The notes below the pieces were generated by a model that was not told the DNA's origin, searched no databases, and worked only from the letters and a program-made list of their open reading frames with translations. From Bacillota bacterium (GTDB taxonomy: Bacteria; Bacillota; Limnochordia; Darwinibacteriales; Darwinibacteriaceae), in assembly GCA_012520315.1 (NCBI GenBank), contig JAAYOM010000113.1:1-57833 (forward strand): a stretch of DNA of 57,833 bases, read 5' to 3'. Position 1 is the stretch's first letter, and each line of letters starts with the position of its first letter. A program made the translations under genes and the position numbers. Shown here piece by piece: positions 17,925 through 27,807 of the stretch.

Positions 17925-19853
17925 TTGGATACAAAACAACTGACAACAAACCAAACACTCTCTGACTTCAAACCTTCATTAGAAAAACATGTTTCAGCGC
18001 TCTTAACGCTGCTAGCGGAGGTACACGGACACGATCAGCTGGTCTTGAAAGCGGGCAAGCTTGATTCACTGGAACTTATGCAGTCAGAAAAAATCGAAGA
18101 TCGGGTTCTGGCCCTGGAACGTTTGGTCCTCGAGGATCCAACCATCGTCGAGCACAGGCAGCCGGAGGAAGTAGATGAAGTCCTCAGTGAACTGGAGGAT
18201 CATCTTGCTGATCTCTTGGCCAAACGCGCGGTGGAAGATCAAATTGAGGCAAAGGTCAGCGCGAAAATGCAGGAGCGCCATCTGGAGTATGTTCGGGATA
18301 TTCGCACCCAGGTGCTGAAGGAAGAAGGCGGGCCTGATAATGCCCAGACACTGAAAAAGTACGCTGAACTGGAGATTTTGGAACAGCGCGGCCTTTCCCG
18401 TTCTAGCGTGGATTTAATGCGACCCCAAAGACTCGATGAAGTTATCGGTCAAGACGATGCGATTAAATCGCTCCTTACCAAATTGAGTTCGCCCTATCCT
18501 CAGCACATTTTGCTCTATGGTCCTCCTGGAGTTGGCAAGACTACTGTGGCCCGCCTGGCGCTGCAGGTTGCTAAGTCTAAGGCCTACACTCCCTTCGCCG
18601 AGGATGCGCCCTTTATTGAGGTGGATGGAACAACGCTTCGCTGGGATCCCAGGGAGGTAACCAATCCCCTGATTGGCTCAGTCCATGATCCGATTTATCA
18701 AGGGGCCAGGCGTGATTTGGCAGATGGGGCAGTGCCCGAACCTAAACTGGGTCTGGTGACGGAAGCACATGGGGGCGTACTTTTTATTGACGAAATTGGA
18801 GAGCTGGACCCTGTCTTGCAGAACAAGCTCCTCAAGGTTCTTGAAGATAAGAGAGTTGACTTCGAGTCCTCCTATTACGATCCCCATGATCCGAACATTC
18901 CTAAATATATTCATCAGCTCTTTACCCAGGGTGCACCTGCAGACTTTGTTCTCATCGGTGCTACAACCCGGGATCCCTCCGAGATCAGTCCAGCCTTCCG
19001 TTCTCGCTGCGCCGAGGTGTTTTTTGATCCGCTTACGCCTGAAGATATTGTACAAATCGTGCAGGCGGCGGGGGAGCGTTTAGATGTGGCGCTCGAACCT
19101 GGTGTAGCAGAATTGGTGGCTGAGTATACAATTGAGGGCAGGAAGGCAACGCGCCTTTTGGCTGATGCCTTTAGCGCCGCGCTCTACAGAGACGACGGCG
19201 GTCCAGGAGAGGTGATCGTTACCACTGCTGATATGCGGGAAGTGATCCAGTCTGCCCGTTTGAGCTCCTTCAGCGGTGCGAAAGCTTCTGACAGCAGTGA
19301 AGTAGGCCGTATTCTCGGCCTGGGCGTCAGCGGCTATCTAGGTTCGGTCCTAGAGATTGAAGCTGTAGCATTTCCCAGCAAAGAGCCTGGCAAAGGCCGG
19401 GTTCGCTTTAACGATACGGCAGGAAGCATGGCAAAAGACAGCGTATTTAATGCTGCTTCCGTCTTCCGTGCTTTAACAGGTCAGAACTTGGATGATTTTG
19501 ATGTCCATGTCAATGTTGTTGGCGGGGGAAACATCGATGGGCCTTCAGCAGGCGTAGCAGTCTTGGCGGCCATTATCAGTGCCGTTCGGGATCTGCCCAT
19601 TCCCCAAGACATTGCCGTTACCGGCGAGCTCTCGCTAAGGGGCAAGGTGAAGGCGATAGGCGGTTTACACGCCAAGATTTATGGTGCCAAACACGCTGGA
19701 GTTAAGAAGGTGTTTGTGCCTAAAGAAAACATGGACAACCTTCCCCAGTTTACTGGTGAAGTTGAAGTGATTCCCATTGATGACGTCTCCGAGTTTCTAA
19801 CCTTCATTTTCCCCCAGGACTCTGCCAAGACCTCTCGATTGATCGCTAATTAG
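17925..19853 (+). CDS. lonC: Lon-family ATP-dependent protease LonC
   Basis: GPPGVGKTT, FIDEIGE, Ser motif DGPSAG and Lys in GLHAKIYGA; follows rplI as in many clostridia. Confidence 0.9.
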   Translation: MDTKQLTTNQTLSDFKPSLEKHVSALLTLLAEVHGHDQLVLKAGKLDSLELMQSEKIEDRVLALERLVLEDPTIVEHRQPEEVDEVLSELEDHLADLLAKRAVEDQIEAKVSAKMQERHLEYVRDIRTQVLKEEGGPDNAQTLKKYAELEILEQRGLSRSSVDLMRPQRLDEVIGQDDAIKSLLTKLSSPYPQHILLYGPPGVGKTTVARLALQVAKSKAYTPFAEDAPFIEVDGTTLRWDPREVTNPLIGSVHDPIYQGARRDLADGAVPEPKLGLVTEAHGGVLFIDEIGELDPVLQNKLLKVLEDKRVDFESSYYDPHDPNIPKYIHQLFTQGAPADFVLIGATTRDPSEISPAFRSRCAEVFFDPLTPEDIVQIVQAAGERLDVALEPGVAELVAEYTIEGRKATRLLADAFSAALYRDDGGPGEVIVTTADMREVIQSARLSSFSGAKASDSSEVGRILGLGVSGYLGSVLEIEAVAFPSKEPGKGRVRFNDTAGSMAKDSVFNAASVFRALTGQNLDDFDVHVNVVGGGNIDGPSAGVAVLAAIISAVRDLPIPQDIAVTGELSLRGKVKAIGGLHAKIYGAKHAGVKKVFVPKENMDNLPQFTGEVEVIPIDDVSEFLTFIFPQDSAKTSRLIAN

Positions 19854-19874
19854 GAGCAATAAGAAGACAAACAG

Positions 19875-19906
19875 ACCGACTGCCCGCCCTGGGCACTCGG
19901 TTTTTT
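19875..19906 (+). terminator. Intrinsic terminator after lonC
   Basis: ACCGA-c-TGCCC-GCCCT-GGGCA-c-TCGGT then a T-run. Confidence 0.75.
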
Positions 19907-19917
19907 CTTGCCGTGAA

Positions 19918-19947
19918 TTGCAGGTAAGGGGTGGGACGTGATAGACT
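19918..19947 (+). promoter_or_regulatory. Candidate sigmaA promoter of mgtE
   Basis: TTGCAG-N18-TAGACT with TG extension. Confidence 0.5.
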
Positions 19948-19980
19948 AGGGGTAGACTACAAAAAAGGGAGGAGAGCTGA

Positions 19981-20099
19981 GTGGACAGCGATTGGCCTAG
20001 TTGTCTGGAAACGAACAAGGAAACAGAGCGGCCGTTTAGACTTGAGCGTCTGCCCATCTCTTCCGGTCCCTCTTGTTCTCGAATTGTTCGTTTTTAGAC
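19981..20099 (+). other. Structured mgtE leader containing a 38-codon uORF (19981-20097)
   Basis: 16-bp stem 20003-20018/20084-20099 with two G-U pairs encloses inner helices. GTG 19981 follows GGAGGAG; TAG at 20095-20097. Confidence 0.45.
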
Positions 20100-20128
20100 T
20101 CCAATATTAACGCAAGGAGGATAAAAAC

Positions 20129-21475
20129 ATGGCAATTCAAGACTGGCGCGATTTAGAGCGCCTAGTATTGGCACGGGACTTTAAGACGATCAAAACTGCA
20201 TTGCCCAGTTTTCAGGATGCAGATATCGCTGCTTTTTTGGATGAGTTAAGCCGCGAGCATACGGTCATTGTCTTTCGCCTATTATCCAAAGACCGGGCGG
20301 CAGAGGTTTTTTCCTATCTTTCCATTGAGATGCAAGAGTATATTGTTGGGGCGATTACAGATCAAGAAGTGGGCACCATCATCGATCAGCTTTTTGTGGA
20401 TGATGCCGCCGATTTCTTGGAGGAAATGCCCGCCAGTGTCGTTAAAAGGGTGCTCCGGAACGCTTCCCCGGAGACGAGATCCCTAATCAATCAGTTTCTC
20501 CAGTACCCGCCCTATTCCGCGGGGAGCATCATGACAGCAGAGTTTGCCGACTTGAAAAAGACGATGACTGTGGCCGACGCCTTTATGCGCATTCGGCGCA
20601 CTGCACTTGATAAAGAAACAGTTTATACCTGTTATGTGATTGACGGCAATCGGCGTCTGGAGGGTGTTGTTACAGTCAAGGAACTTTTTTTGGCCGATGA
20701 GGCTGCAATTATTGGCGATATAATGGAGACCAAAGTCATTTCCGCCCGGACCAGCGATGATCAGGAAGATGTGGCAGGACTCTTTTCCCGCTATGACTTC
20801 TTGTCGCTGCCTGTGGTGGATGAAGAAAACAGATTGGTTGGCATTGTCACCTTCGACGACATCATGGAAGTTATTCATCAGGAAGCTACGGAAGACTTCC
20901 AGAAAATGGCGGCAATGGCCCCGTCAGAGAAGCCCTATCTAAAGACGGGTGTCTTTACCCTGGCCAAGCATAGAATCGGTTGGCTGATGGTGCTCATGGT
21001 CACCGGCATGGTGGTGGGCGCGATTTTGGCCCGCTATGAAGAGGCGTTTTTGGCAGTCCCTCTCCTGGTCACCTTCATTCCTATGCTTACCGATACGGGC
21101 GGCAATTCGGGCTCCCAAAGTTCAACTTTGGTGATCCGCGGTCTGGCCCTGAAAGAAATCACGGTCAGCGACTTCGGACGGGTTCTCCTGAAAGAGCTGG
21201 GCGTTGGGGCCCTGGTGGGCCTTGCTTTAGCTGCAGCTAATTTCTTACGCCTTGTCATAACCTATCCAGGCGATTATATGCTCGCCTTAGCTGTTTCCCT
21301 GGCGCTGTTTGCCACTGTGATTATAGGCAAGACCGCGGGAAGTATGCTGCCTCTGCTGGCGAAAATAGTTAAAGTGGATCCGGCCATCATGGCTGCTCCA
21401 CTTATTACCACAATCGTAGATGCCAGTGCTTTAGTAATTTATTTTAAAGTCGTAGAAGTTTTGCTCCTTAACTAA
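20129..21475 (+). CDS. mgtE: Magnesium transporter MgtE
   Basis: AGSIMT, tandem CBS, GIVTFDD, DTGGNSGSQ, PAIMAAPLITTIVD; RBS AAGGAGG. Confidence 0.96.
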   Translation: MAIQDWRDLERLVLARDFKTIKTALPSFQDADIAAFLDELSREHTVIVFRLLSKDRAAEVFSYLSIEMQEYIVGAITDQEVGTIIDQLFVDDAADFLEEMPASVVKRVLRNASPETRSLINQFLQYPPYSAGSIMTAEFADLKKTMTVADAFMRIRRTALDKETVYTCYVIDGNRRLEGVVTVKELFLADEAAIIGDIMETKVISARTSDDQEDVAGLFSRYDFLSLPVVDEENRLVGIVTFDDIMEVIHQEATEDFQKMAAMAPSEKPYLKTGVFTLAKHRIGWLMVLMVTGMVVGAILARYEEAFLAVPLLVTFIPMLTDTGGNSGSQSSTLVIRGLALKEITVSDFGRVLLKELGVGALVGLALAAANFLRLVITYPGDYMLALAVSLALFATVIIGKTAGSMLPLLAKIVKVDPAIMAAPLITTIVDASALVIYFKVVEVLLLN

Positions 21476-22628
21476 GGAGCATGGCCCCGTGCGAGGCGCC
21501 GAAGACGTAGACTTCTGCCGTGAGGTTCGTTTTGGCTGCATAGTCTGCGGTCACCCTTTGCTCAAATTCGGCCAACCGCTCACGGGGAACCAGTGCAATG
21601 GTACAGCCGCCAAACCCTGCCCCCGTCATCCGTGCTCCTAATACCCCGGGCTGCCCTAGGCTTAAATCAACCAGCAAGTCAAGTTCGGGGCAGCTGACCT
21701 CAAAATCGTTTTGCAGACTGCGATGGGATTTGGTCAGCTCTTGACCGAAGGTGACCAAATCACCTGCCCTGAGAGCCTCAATGCCTGAAAGCACCCGATT
21801 GTTCTCAGTAACTACGTGCCTGGCCCTTTTGGCAAGGAGCTGGGGAAGGGCATTAACGAGGGGAAGATCCTCAACCGTCACATCCCTTAAGGCTGTGATT
21901 TTAGGCAGATCCTTTGTCAAAAGCCGCACTGCATCCATACATTCCTGGCGGCGGTCATTATAGGCTGAATCCACAAGCCCCCTGCGCACGCCGCTGTTGA
22001 TGACAGCTACAGCATAGCCGTGCTGCTCAAAGGGGGTTGGGACTAAATCATAATCCAGGCTGCGGCAGTCCAGAAACAGGGCATGGTCTTTATGGCCCAT
22101 CATGGAAGCAAATTGGTCCATAATGCCTGAAGCCACACCAACAAAGTCATTTTCCGCCCTCTGGGCCATTTTAATCAAACTCACACTATCCACTGCAAAG
22201 TCGTGCAGTGTGGTAAGCAAAACTGCCGCCGCCACCTCTAAGGCTGCTGAGGAAGAAAGGCCTGCTCCCTGCGGCACATTTCCGTAAATGACAATGTCCA
22301 TGCCTTGGGGCTCGAAACCGGCTGACTGAAATTCCCTGCACACGCCGCGGATATAATTGGACCAATTCTTCTTGTCAGAAGGTACGATGTCTTGCAGGGC
22401 AAAGCTGTCCTGAACATCATAATTAAGGGAATAAAGGTTGACCCGATCGCTTTTGTTTAATGCCCCGGCCATAGCGATGCCGGCATCAATGGCCATGGGA
22501 AAGACGAAACCGTCGTTGTAATCGGTGTGTTCGCCCAAAAGGTTAACCCGTCCGGGGGCCCAGACTACAAGGGGTTCCCCGGAGCTCGCAAATTTAGCTC
22601 GAAACTCTCTTTGCAGCTTATTTTTCAT
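21468..22628 (-). CDS. galK: Galactokinase
   Basis: APGRVNLLGEHTDYNDG, PQGAGLSSSAA, GIMDQ, GARMTGAGFGG. ATG 22628 follows GAGGTGA. Confidence 0.96.
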   Translation of the reverse strand: MKNKLQREFRAKFASSGEPLVVWAPGRVNLLGEHTDYNDGFVFPMAIDAGIAMAGALNKSDRVNLYSLNYDVQDSFALQDIVPSDKKNWSNYIRGVCREFQSAGFEPQGMDIVIYGNVPQGAGLSSSAALEVAAAVLLTTLHDFAVDSVSLIKMAQRAENDFVGVASGIMDQFASMMGHKDHALFLDCRSLDYDLVPTPFEQHGYAVAVINSGVRRGLVDSAYNDRRQECMDAVRLLTKDLPKITALRDVTVEDLPLVNALPQLLAKRARHVVTENNRVLSGIEALRAGDLVTFGQELTKSHRSLQNDFEVSCPELDLLVDLSLGQPGVLGARMTGAGFGGCTIALVPRERLAEFEQRVTADYAAKTNLTAEVYVFGASHGAMLLS

Positions 22629-23592
22629 GCTGATCACCTCGCAGTTTTGCAGCCTGATCTTCCGGGCTCATATCAGTGATAAAAGTGCCGCTGCCTGATT
22701 CTACCCCCGCTAGGTACTTGAGTTTATCCGCGGTGCGATTGAGCGGGTAGAACTCTATATGGAAATGATAATGGGGATAGTCGCCCTTAGGCGGCGCCTG
22801 ATGGAACGCCATCATATAAGGCAGGGAGAAATCAAAGAGCCCGTCGTACTTGACTAAAACGTCCTTCAGCACCACAGCCAGCCCCTGTTGTTCCTCTGGG
22901 GTTAGGTCTGCTAGACTTTGCAGGTGGCGCCGGGGGTAAATATGGACCTCAAAAGGATAGCGGGCAAAGAAGGGCACAAAGGCTGTGAACTGGTCATTTT
23001 CAGCAACAATGCGCACCTTGTCTTCCCTTTCTTCGGCCAGAATATCGCAATAGAGGCACTGTTCTGTGGCTGCATGGTGCTCCAAGGCCGCCTGAAGCTC
23101 CTTTTCCACCGTTGGCGGTATAAAGGGGAAAGCATAGATCTGCCCATGGGGATGACTAAGCGTAACCCCCACCGCATCACCCTTGTTTTCGAAGATAAAT
23201 ACATACTGGATACCTGGTTTCATGCCTAAGTCGAGGTAGCGGTCTGTCCATACTTCGATTAAATTTCTAATATGTTCTGCTGACTCTTCTGCCAGGCTGC
23301 TGTTGTGCTTGGCTGAGTAAAGTACAACTTCACACACCCCCTCCGCCGGTGCAGTCTGATAAAGGGCACTGCCTTCAACCTCGAGGGGCGGGGGCGGCTG
23401 GCTGAGGGATGGGAACCTGTTTTCAAACACCACAATTTCATAGTCCTCTGCCGGAACTTCCGTGGGAAATGCCCCAGGCAGTGTAGGACAGAGGGGACAA
23501 TACTCCGCAGGGGGCTTGTAGGTACGTTCCTGGCGGTGAGCGGCCACAATCACCCACTCCCTTAACTGTGGATTCCAGCGCAGCTCAGACAT
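22618..23592 (-). CDS. galT: Galactose-1-phosphate uridylyltransferase
   Basis: CPLCP, FENRFPSL, FENKG, catalytic HPHGQ, HFHIEF. Confidence 0.95.
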   Translation of the reverse strand: MSELRWNPQLREWVIVAAHRQERTYKPPAEYCPLCPTLPGAFPTEVPAEDYEIVVFENRFPSLSQPPPPLEVEGSALYQTAPAEGVCEVVLYSAKHNSSLAEESAEHIRNLIEVWTDRYLDLGMKPGIQYVFIFENKGDAVGVTLSHPHGQIYAFPFIPPTVEKELQAALEHHAATEQCLYCDILAEEREDKVRIVAENDQFTAFVPFFARYPFEVHIYPRRHLQSLADLTPEEQQGLAVVLKDVLVKYDGLFDFSLPYMMAFHQAPPKGDYPHYHFHIEFYPLNRTADKLKYLAGVESGSGTFITDMSPEDQAAKLRGDQHEK

Positions 23593-23680
23593 CCTCTTCC
23601 TCCTTCCTTTTTACTTGCTTGGGAAAGGTATAGAAGATGATGTAACGTCCGTCTTCTTTGGTTTTTACCTCTTTTTTCAC
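23585..23680 (-). CDS. 31-aa small protein translationally coupled to galT; absent from ORF track
   Basis: GTG 23680, 6 nt after GGAGGTG. MKKEVKTKEDGRYIIFYTFPKQVKRKEEEDV; its TGA overlaps the galT start (ATGTCTGA). Confidence 0.7.
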   Translation of the reverse strand: MKKEVKTKEDGRYIIFYTFPKQVKRKEEEDV

Positions 23681-23793
23681 GGGGTACACCTCCAAGAGTC
23701 CTATTCTACAAAAAACTTGCCTCACCTTTCAAGGGAATCAGCCTTGGATCTTGAAAATACTATATATACCAATAGACACGGAGGGATTGGAAT

Positions 23794-24177
23794 ATGCGTA
23801 AGATAGTTCACACCGAAAAGGCTCCGGCAGCGGTAGGTCCCTACAGCCAGGGAGTTCGGGCAGGCAATCTGCTTTTTATTTCCGGCCAGTTGGGCGTAAA
23901 TATGGCTACCGGTGAAATTGCCTACGGCGATGTAGAAGAACAGAGCAGGCAAGTGCTGAACAATCTCCAAACCATTGCCCAGGCTGGAGGGAGCAGTTTG
24001 GCCAACGCTGTGAAGGTGTCAGTCTACCTGACCGATATGGGGGATTTTGACAAGATGAATGCTGTTTACGCCACATTCTTCCCGGAAAATCCGCCTGCCA
24101 GGGTCTGCGTAGAAGTGAACGCCCTGCCAAAAGGCGTAGAGGTCGAGATGGATGTAGTTTGCCTATGTGAAGAATAA
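23794..24177 (+). CDS. ridA: RidA/YjgF enamine deaminase
   Basis: APAAVGPYSQ, ISGQLG, MNAVYATFF, PARVCVEV. Confidence 0.93.
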   Translation: MRKIVHTEKAPAAVGPYSQGVRAGNLLFISGQLGVNMATGEIAYGDVEEQSRQVLNNLQTIAQAGGSSLANAVKVSVYLTDMGDFDKMNAVYATFFPENPPARVCVEVNALPKGVEVEMDVVCLCEE

Positions 24178-24201
24178 GCACTTTTCAAGGGAGGACGAGA
24201 A

Positions 24202-25203
24202 ATGTCCAAATTGCGTGTAGGGGTAGTTTACGGCGGTCGATCAGGGGAACACGAAGTTTCTCTAATTTCCGCCCAGTCAGTTATGGATGCTCTGGATCAG
24301 AATAAATACACTATCATCCCCATGAAAATCCGCAGGGACGGGAGATGGGAAGGGCCTTCCATTCAGGCAGATCCTGCAGGAAATCCCAATTTAGATGTGG
24401 TGTTTCCGGTGCTGCATGGTCCCTACGGTGAAGATGGCACTATCCAGGGCCTCCTTGAAATGGCAAATCTCCCCTATGTGGGGGCGGGGGTAGCAGCTTC
24501 TGCAGCAGCCATGGACAAAGTCCTGATGCGCAGACTCTTTGCCCAGACGGGCCTGCCTCTCCTTCCTTGGGACACGTTTTTGCACTATGAATGGCAGGAA
24601 GGGGCAGCTGAGATTAAGGCACGTTTGGCAAGGGACCTAGGTTTCCCCATGTTTGTTAAACCTGCTAACTTAGGCTCCAGTGTGGGCATTAGCAAAGTGA
24701 AGTCCGTCGCGGAGTTAGACGCAGCTGTTGAACTGGCCTTGGCCTATGATCGTAAAGTAGTGGTGGAGCAGGGCCTAATTGGGGCCCGGGAGGTGGAGTG
24801 CAGCGTCTTAGGGCATAACAAGCCCCAGGCGTCTGTGCCGGGTGAAATTGTACCTGCCCATGAGTTTTACGATTATCAGGCGAAATACCACAATGAAGAC
24901 TCCCGCCTGATTATCCCTGCACCCCTTGATGAGAAGCAGGTTGAGCAGATCCAAGACTTGGCCGTCCGGGCTTTTCAGGCCGTGGACTGTTCGGGGATGG
25001 GGCGCGTAGATTTCTTCCTTGATCAGCAGGGCAAAGTCTTCGTTAACGAAATTAACACCATTCCAGGCTTTACCCAAATTTCCATGTACCCCAAGCTATG
25101 GGAACATTCAGGTCTGCCCTATTCCAGGCTGCTGGACCGCTTAATCGAAATTGCCCTGGAAAAGCATAGGGAGCGGCAGATGCTGCGCACTAATATTTCT
25201 TAA
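24202..25203 (+). CDS. ddl: D-alanine--D-alanine ligase
   Basis: [46 protein letters not shown]. Confidence 0.96.
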   Translation: MSKLRVGVVYGGRSGEHEVSLISAQSVMDALDQNKYTIIPMKIRRDGRWEGPSIQADPAGNPNLDVVFPVLHGPYGEDGTIQGLLEMANLPYVGAGVAASAAAMDKVLMRRLFAQTGLPLLPWDTFLHYEWQEGAAEIKARLARDLGFPMFVKPANLGSSVGISKVKSVAELDAAVELALAYDRKVVVEQGLIGAREVECSVLGHNKPQASVPGEIVPAHEFYDYQAKYHNEDSRLIIPAPLDEKQVEQIQDLAVRAFQAVDCSGMGRVDFFLDQQGKVFVNEINTIPGFTQISMYPKLWEHSGLPYSRLLDRLIEIALEKHRERQMLRTNIS

Positions 25204-25224
25204 GGCAGGTGATGGGCTAGCGCG

Positions 25225-27099
25225 ATGATCATTCAGGATTTATGGAAGTTTTATGGAGATGAACTAGTTTTTCAAAATGTCAGCGCCAATATTGGCCCTG
25301 CCGATCACATAGGTTTTGTAGGGGCTAATGGCGTGGGAAAAACCACACTCCTCAAAACCCTGGTGGGCGAACTTAGCGCCGAACGGGGCCAGGTCATTTG
25401 CCCCGGCGGGTATACATATGGCTCCCTCTGGCAGACGCCGCCTGCAAATATGCAGTCTTTGCAGGAGTATTTGCTAGAACCCTTTGCACACCAAGTTGAA
25501 TTGGAGCAGAACATGCGGGCGCTAGAGCAAAAAATGGCTGAGCTAGGTCAGGGCCCAGAGCTTGATCGGGCCATAGAGGACTATGCCCGCCTGCAGGATC
25601 GCTTTGAACATCAGGGCGGCTATGATTACTTGGTGCAGATCAGCAGCATCACCACAGGACTTGGTTTTTCTGAAGCAGACTTGGCCCGCAGGCTCCACAC
25701 CTTCAGCGGAGGGGAGCAGATGCGGGTAAGTTTAGCTCGCCTACTTTTAACAAGGCCTTCCCTTTTGGTGCTGGACGAGCCCACCAATCACCTGGACGTA
25801 GAAGCCATCCAATGGCTTGAAGACTTTCTCGGGGCCTATCAGGGGGCCTTTATAGTGGTGTCCCATGATCGCTACTTTTTGGACAAGGTGGCCACAACCA
25901 TTTGGGAGCTGCAGCAGCACAAACTTTATCAGTACAAGGGCAATTATTCTGCCTACCTTCCCCAGCGTGAACTGCGGCAGGCCCAAATCGAGGAGAACCT
26001 GGAGAGGCAAGAGCAGGAACGGGCCCGCATGGAGTTTTTTATTCAAAAATTCAAAGCAGGAACCCGCTCCCGGCAGGCCAAGAGTATGGAAAAGAAACTG
26101 GCCCGCCTGCCCGATATTGAGCGGATTTTAGAGGATCCGGCCATGGCCTTCCGTTTTGAACCGAAGCGGCAGTCAGGCAATAACATCGTCTTCTTAGAGA
26201 GAATATGCAAAGCCTATGGCGAAAACCTGGTGCTGAAGGACATTAACGCCGAAATCAAGCGGGGGCAGCGGATTGCTCTCCTAGGCCCAAACGGGAGCGG
26301 CAAGAGCACCCTTCTGAAGATCCTAGGAGGGGAGCTTGACTATGAAGGCGAACTGCGGTGGGGAACAGGCGTCGATGTGGGCTATTTCTCTCAGCATATT
26401 ACCTTCGACCCTGCAAATACTGTTTTAGAGGAACTCTACGCTGAGCACCGCCTGGATTTGGGCGTGCTCCGTTCGGTTCTGGCCCGCTTTTTGTTCAGGG
26501 GCGAAGATGTGTTCAAGCCCACATCTGTGCTCAGCGGCGGCGAACGAAATCGCCTGGCCATGGCCAAATTACTGCTGCACCGGCCAAACCTCCTTCTGCT
26601 GGATGAACCCACCAACCATCTTGATGTTTTTGCCAGGGAAGCTCTAGAAGATGCCCTGGCAGAGTTTGGCGGCACCATAATCTTTGTTTCCCATGACCGT
26701 TACTTCATTGATAAACTGGCGACGAAGATCTGGACATTAGACGGCGGCACTCTCCAAACATTTGCGGGAGGCTTTTCTGACTACGAAGAAAAGCGCAAAC
26801 AAGCAGCTTACTCCCGGGCCCAGGCCGCTGAAAGGAGCCATAAAGAAGAGCAAAAACAGCGTTTTTCCGGACCTTCCCCTAACGAGCTGCGAAGAATCGC
26901 CAAAGCCCGGGCAGAACTGGAGGATGAAATAGTCTGCCTGGAAGAGCGCAAAGGAAAGCTTGAAGCCTTGTTGGCTTCACCCGATCTCTATCAGGATGGA
27001 GAAGAAGCGGCTGTAGGAATCATCCAGGAGTACCAGGAGGTTAAGGATGCTTTGCAGGATAAATACATTGCCTGGGAACGTTTGGTGGACGAGCATTGA
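25225..27099 (+). CDS. ABC-F family ATPase
   Basis: Two ABC domains (GANGVGKTT/FSGGEQ/LDEPTNH and GPNGSGKST/LSGGER/LDEPTNH), no TM segments, C-terminal coiled coil. Confidence 0.92.
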   Translation: MIIQDLWKFYGDELVFQNVSANIGPADHIGFVGANGVGKTTLLKTLVGELSAERGQVICPGGYTYGSLWQTPPANMQSLQEYLLEPFAHQVELEQNMRALEQKMAELGQGPELDRAIEDYARLQDRFEHQGGYDYLVQISSITTGLGFSEADLARRLHTFSGGEQMRVSLARLLLTRPSLLVLDEPTNHLDVEAIQWLEDFLGAYQGAFIVVSHDRYFLDKVATTIWELQQHKLYQYKGNYSAYLPQRELRQAQIEENLERQEQERARMEFFIQKFKAGTRSRQAKSMEKKLARLPDIERILEDPAMAFRFEPKRQSGNNIVFLERICKAYGENLVLKDINAEIKRGQRIALLGPNGSGKSTLLKILGGELDYEGELRWGTGVDVGYFSQHITFDPANTVLEELYAEHRLDLGVLRSVLARFLFRGEDVFKPTSVLSGGERNRLAMAKLLLHRPNLLLLDEPTNHLDVFAREALEDALAEFGGTIIFVSHDRYFIDKLATKIWTLDGGTLQTFAGGFSDYEEKRKQAAYSRAQAAERSHKEEQKQRFSGPSPNELRRIAKARAELEDEIVCLEERKGKLEALLASPDLYQDGEEAAVGIIQEYQEVKDALQDKYIAWERLVDEH

Positions 27100-27114
27100 G
27101 GAAAGGTGAGGAAT

Positions 27115-27807
27115 ATGGCTGGCGCAAAAAATAAAGGTGTTCTGCTGCGAGGGGTGAAGGGTCTGCCGATTCAGGTACCCGGGGAAATCCTCAAATGTCA
27201 GGCGGACTTAGGCCCCACAGCGACCTTGGTCTGGATCAATCTTGTGGCCTTTTCCCAGTTGGGGCAGGCTTTTCGCATTAACTCGCTGGCCCGGCAAATG
27301 GGTTTGCCAAAGCGGGAAGTAAGTCAGGCCCTGGCCCTTCTGGCCGACAGGGGCTGGATTAATGATGAGGGCCTGGAAATTCGGCTGACGGTGCAGGCTG
27401 AGGCAGAGAGCTTAGATCCGGTGCAGGAAGAAGTTGCAGCGGCAGCTGAGCCTCTTGTCAATGGCGAATCTGATGCCTATGAATGGCTGGTCAGCTATAT
27501 ATCTGCCAGGATCACCGTTCCCACCCCTGAGGAACAGCGGAAACTTCTGTATTGGATGCAAAGCAAGAGCCTGTCCCATGAGGTAATTGCAGTTGCCATT
27601 GAGGAGATGTGCGCTTCCGCCGCGCATCCTAGCTTCCCTTATTTAGAAGGTATTCTCCGCAATTGGCATGGTGTAGGCATCCGCACTTATAATGACCTTT
27701 TAGAAAATCCCTACCTGGCTAAAGTGCTGGCCCCGATTGCCGGCGGCAAAGATGTAAACTCTGCGGAAAAACGTTGGAGGGAGGTTTTCCCCGATGAATT
27801 TGACTGA
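27115..27807 (+). CDS. DnaD-like protein (N-terminal winged helix plus C-terminal DnaD/DnaB_2-like domain)
   Basis: wHTH-like SLARQMGLPKREVSQALALLADRGWI; DnaD-type YLEGILRNWHGVGIRTYNDL. Start is GTG 27106 or ATG 27115. Confidence 0.75.
   Translation: MAGAKNKGVLLRGVKGLPIQVPGEILKCQADLGPTATLVWINLVAFSQLGQAFRINSLARQMGLPKREVSQALALLADRGWINDEGLEIRLTVQAEAESLDPVQEEVAAAAEPLVNGESDAYEWLVSYISARITVPTPEEQRKLLYWMQSKSLSHEVIAVAIEEMCASAAHPSFPYLEGILRNWHGVGIRTYNDLLENPYLAKVLAPIAGGKDVNSAEKRWREVFPDEFD

Noticed and set aside
19950-20128. M-box, yybP-ykoY, NiCo or fluoride riboswitch upstream of mgtE
   Set aside because: None of their conserved core sequences recognised by eye; the leader is reported as an unknown structure instead.
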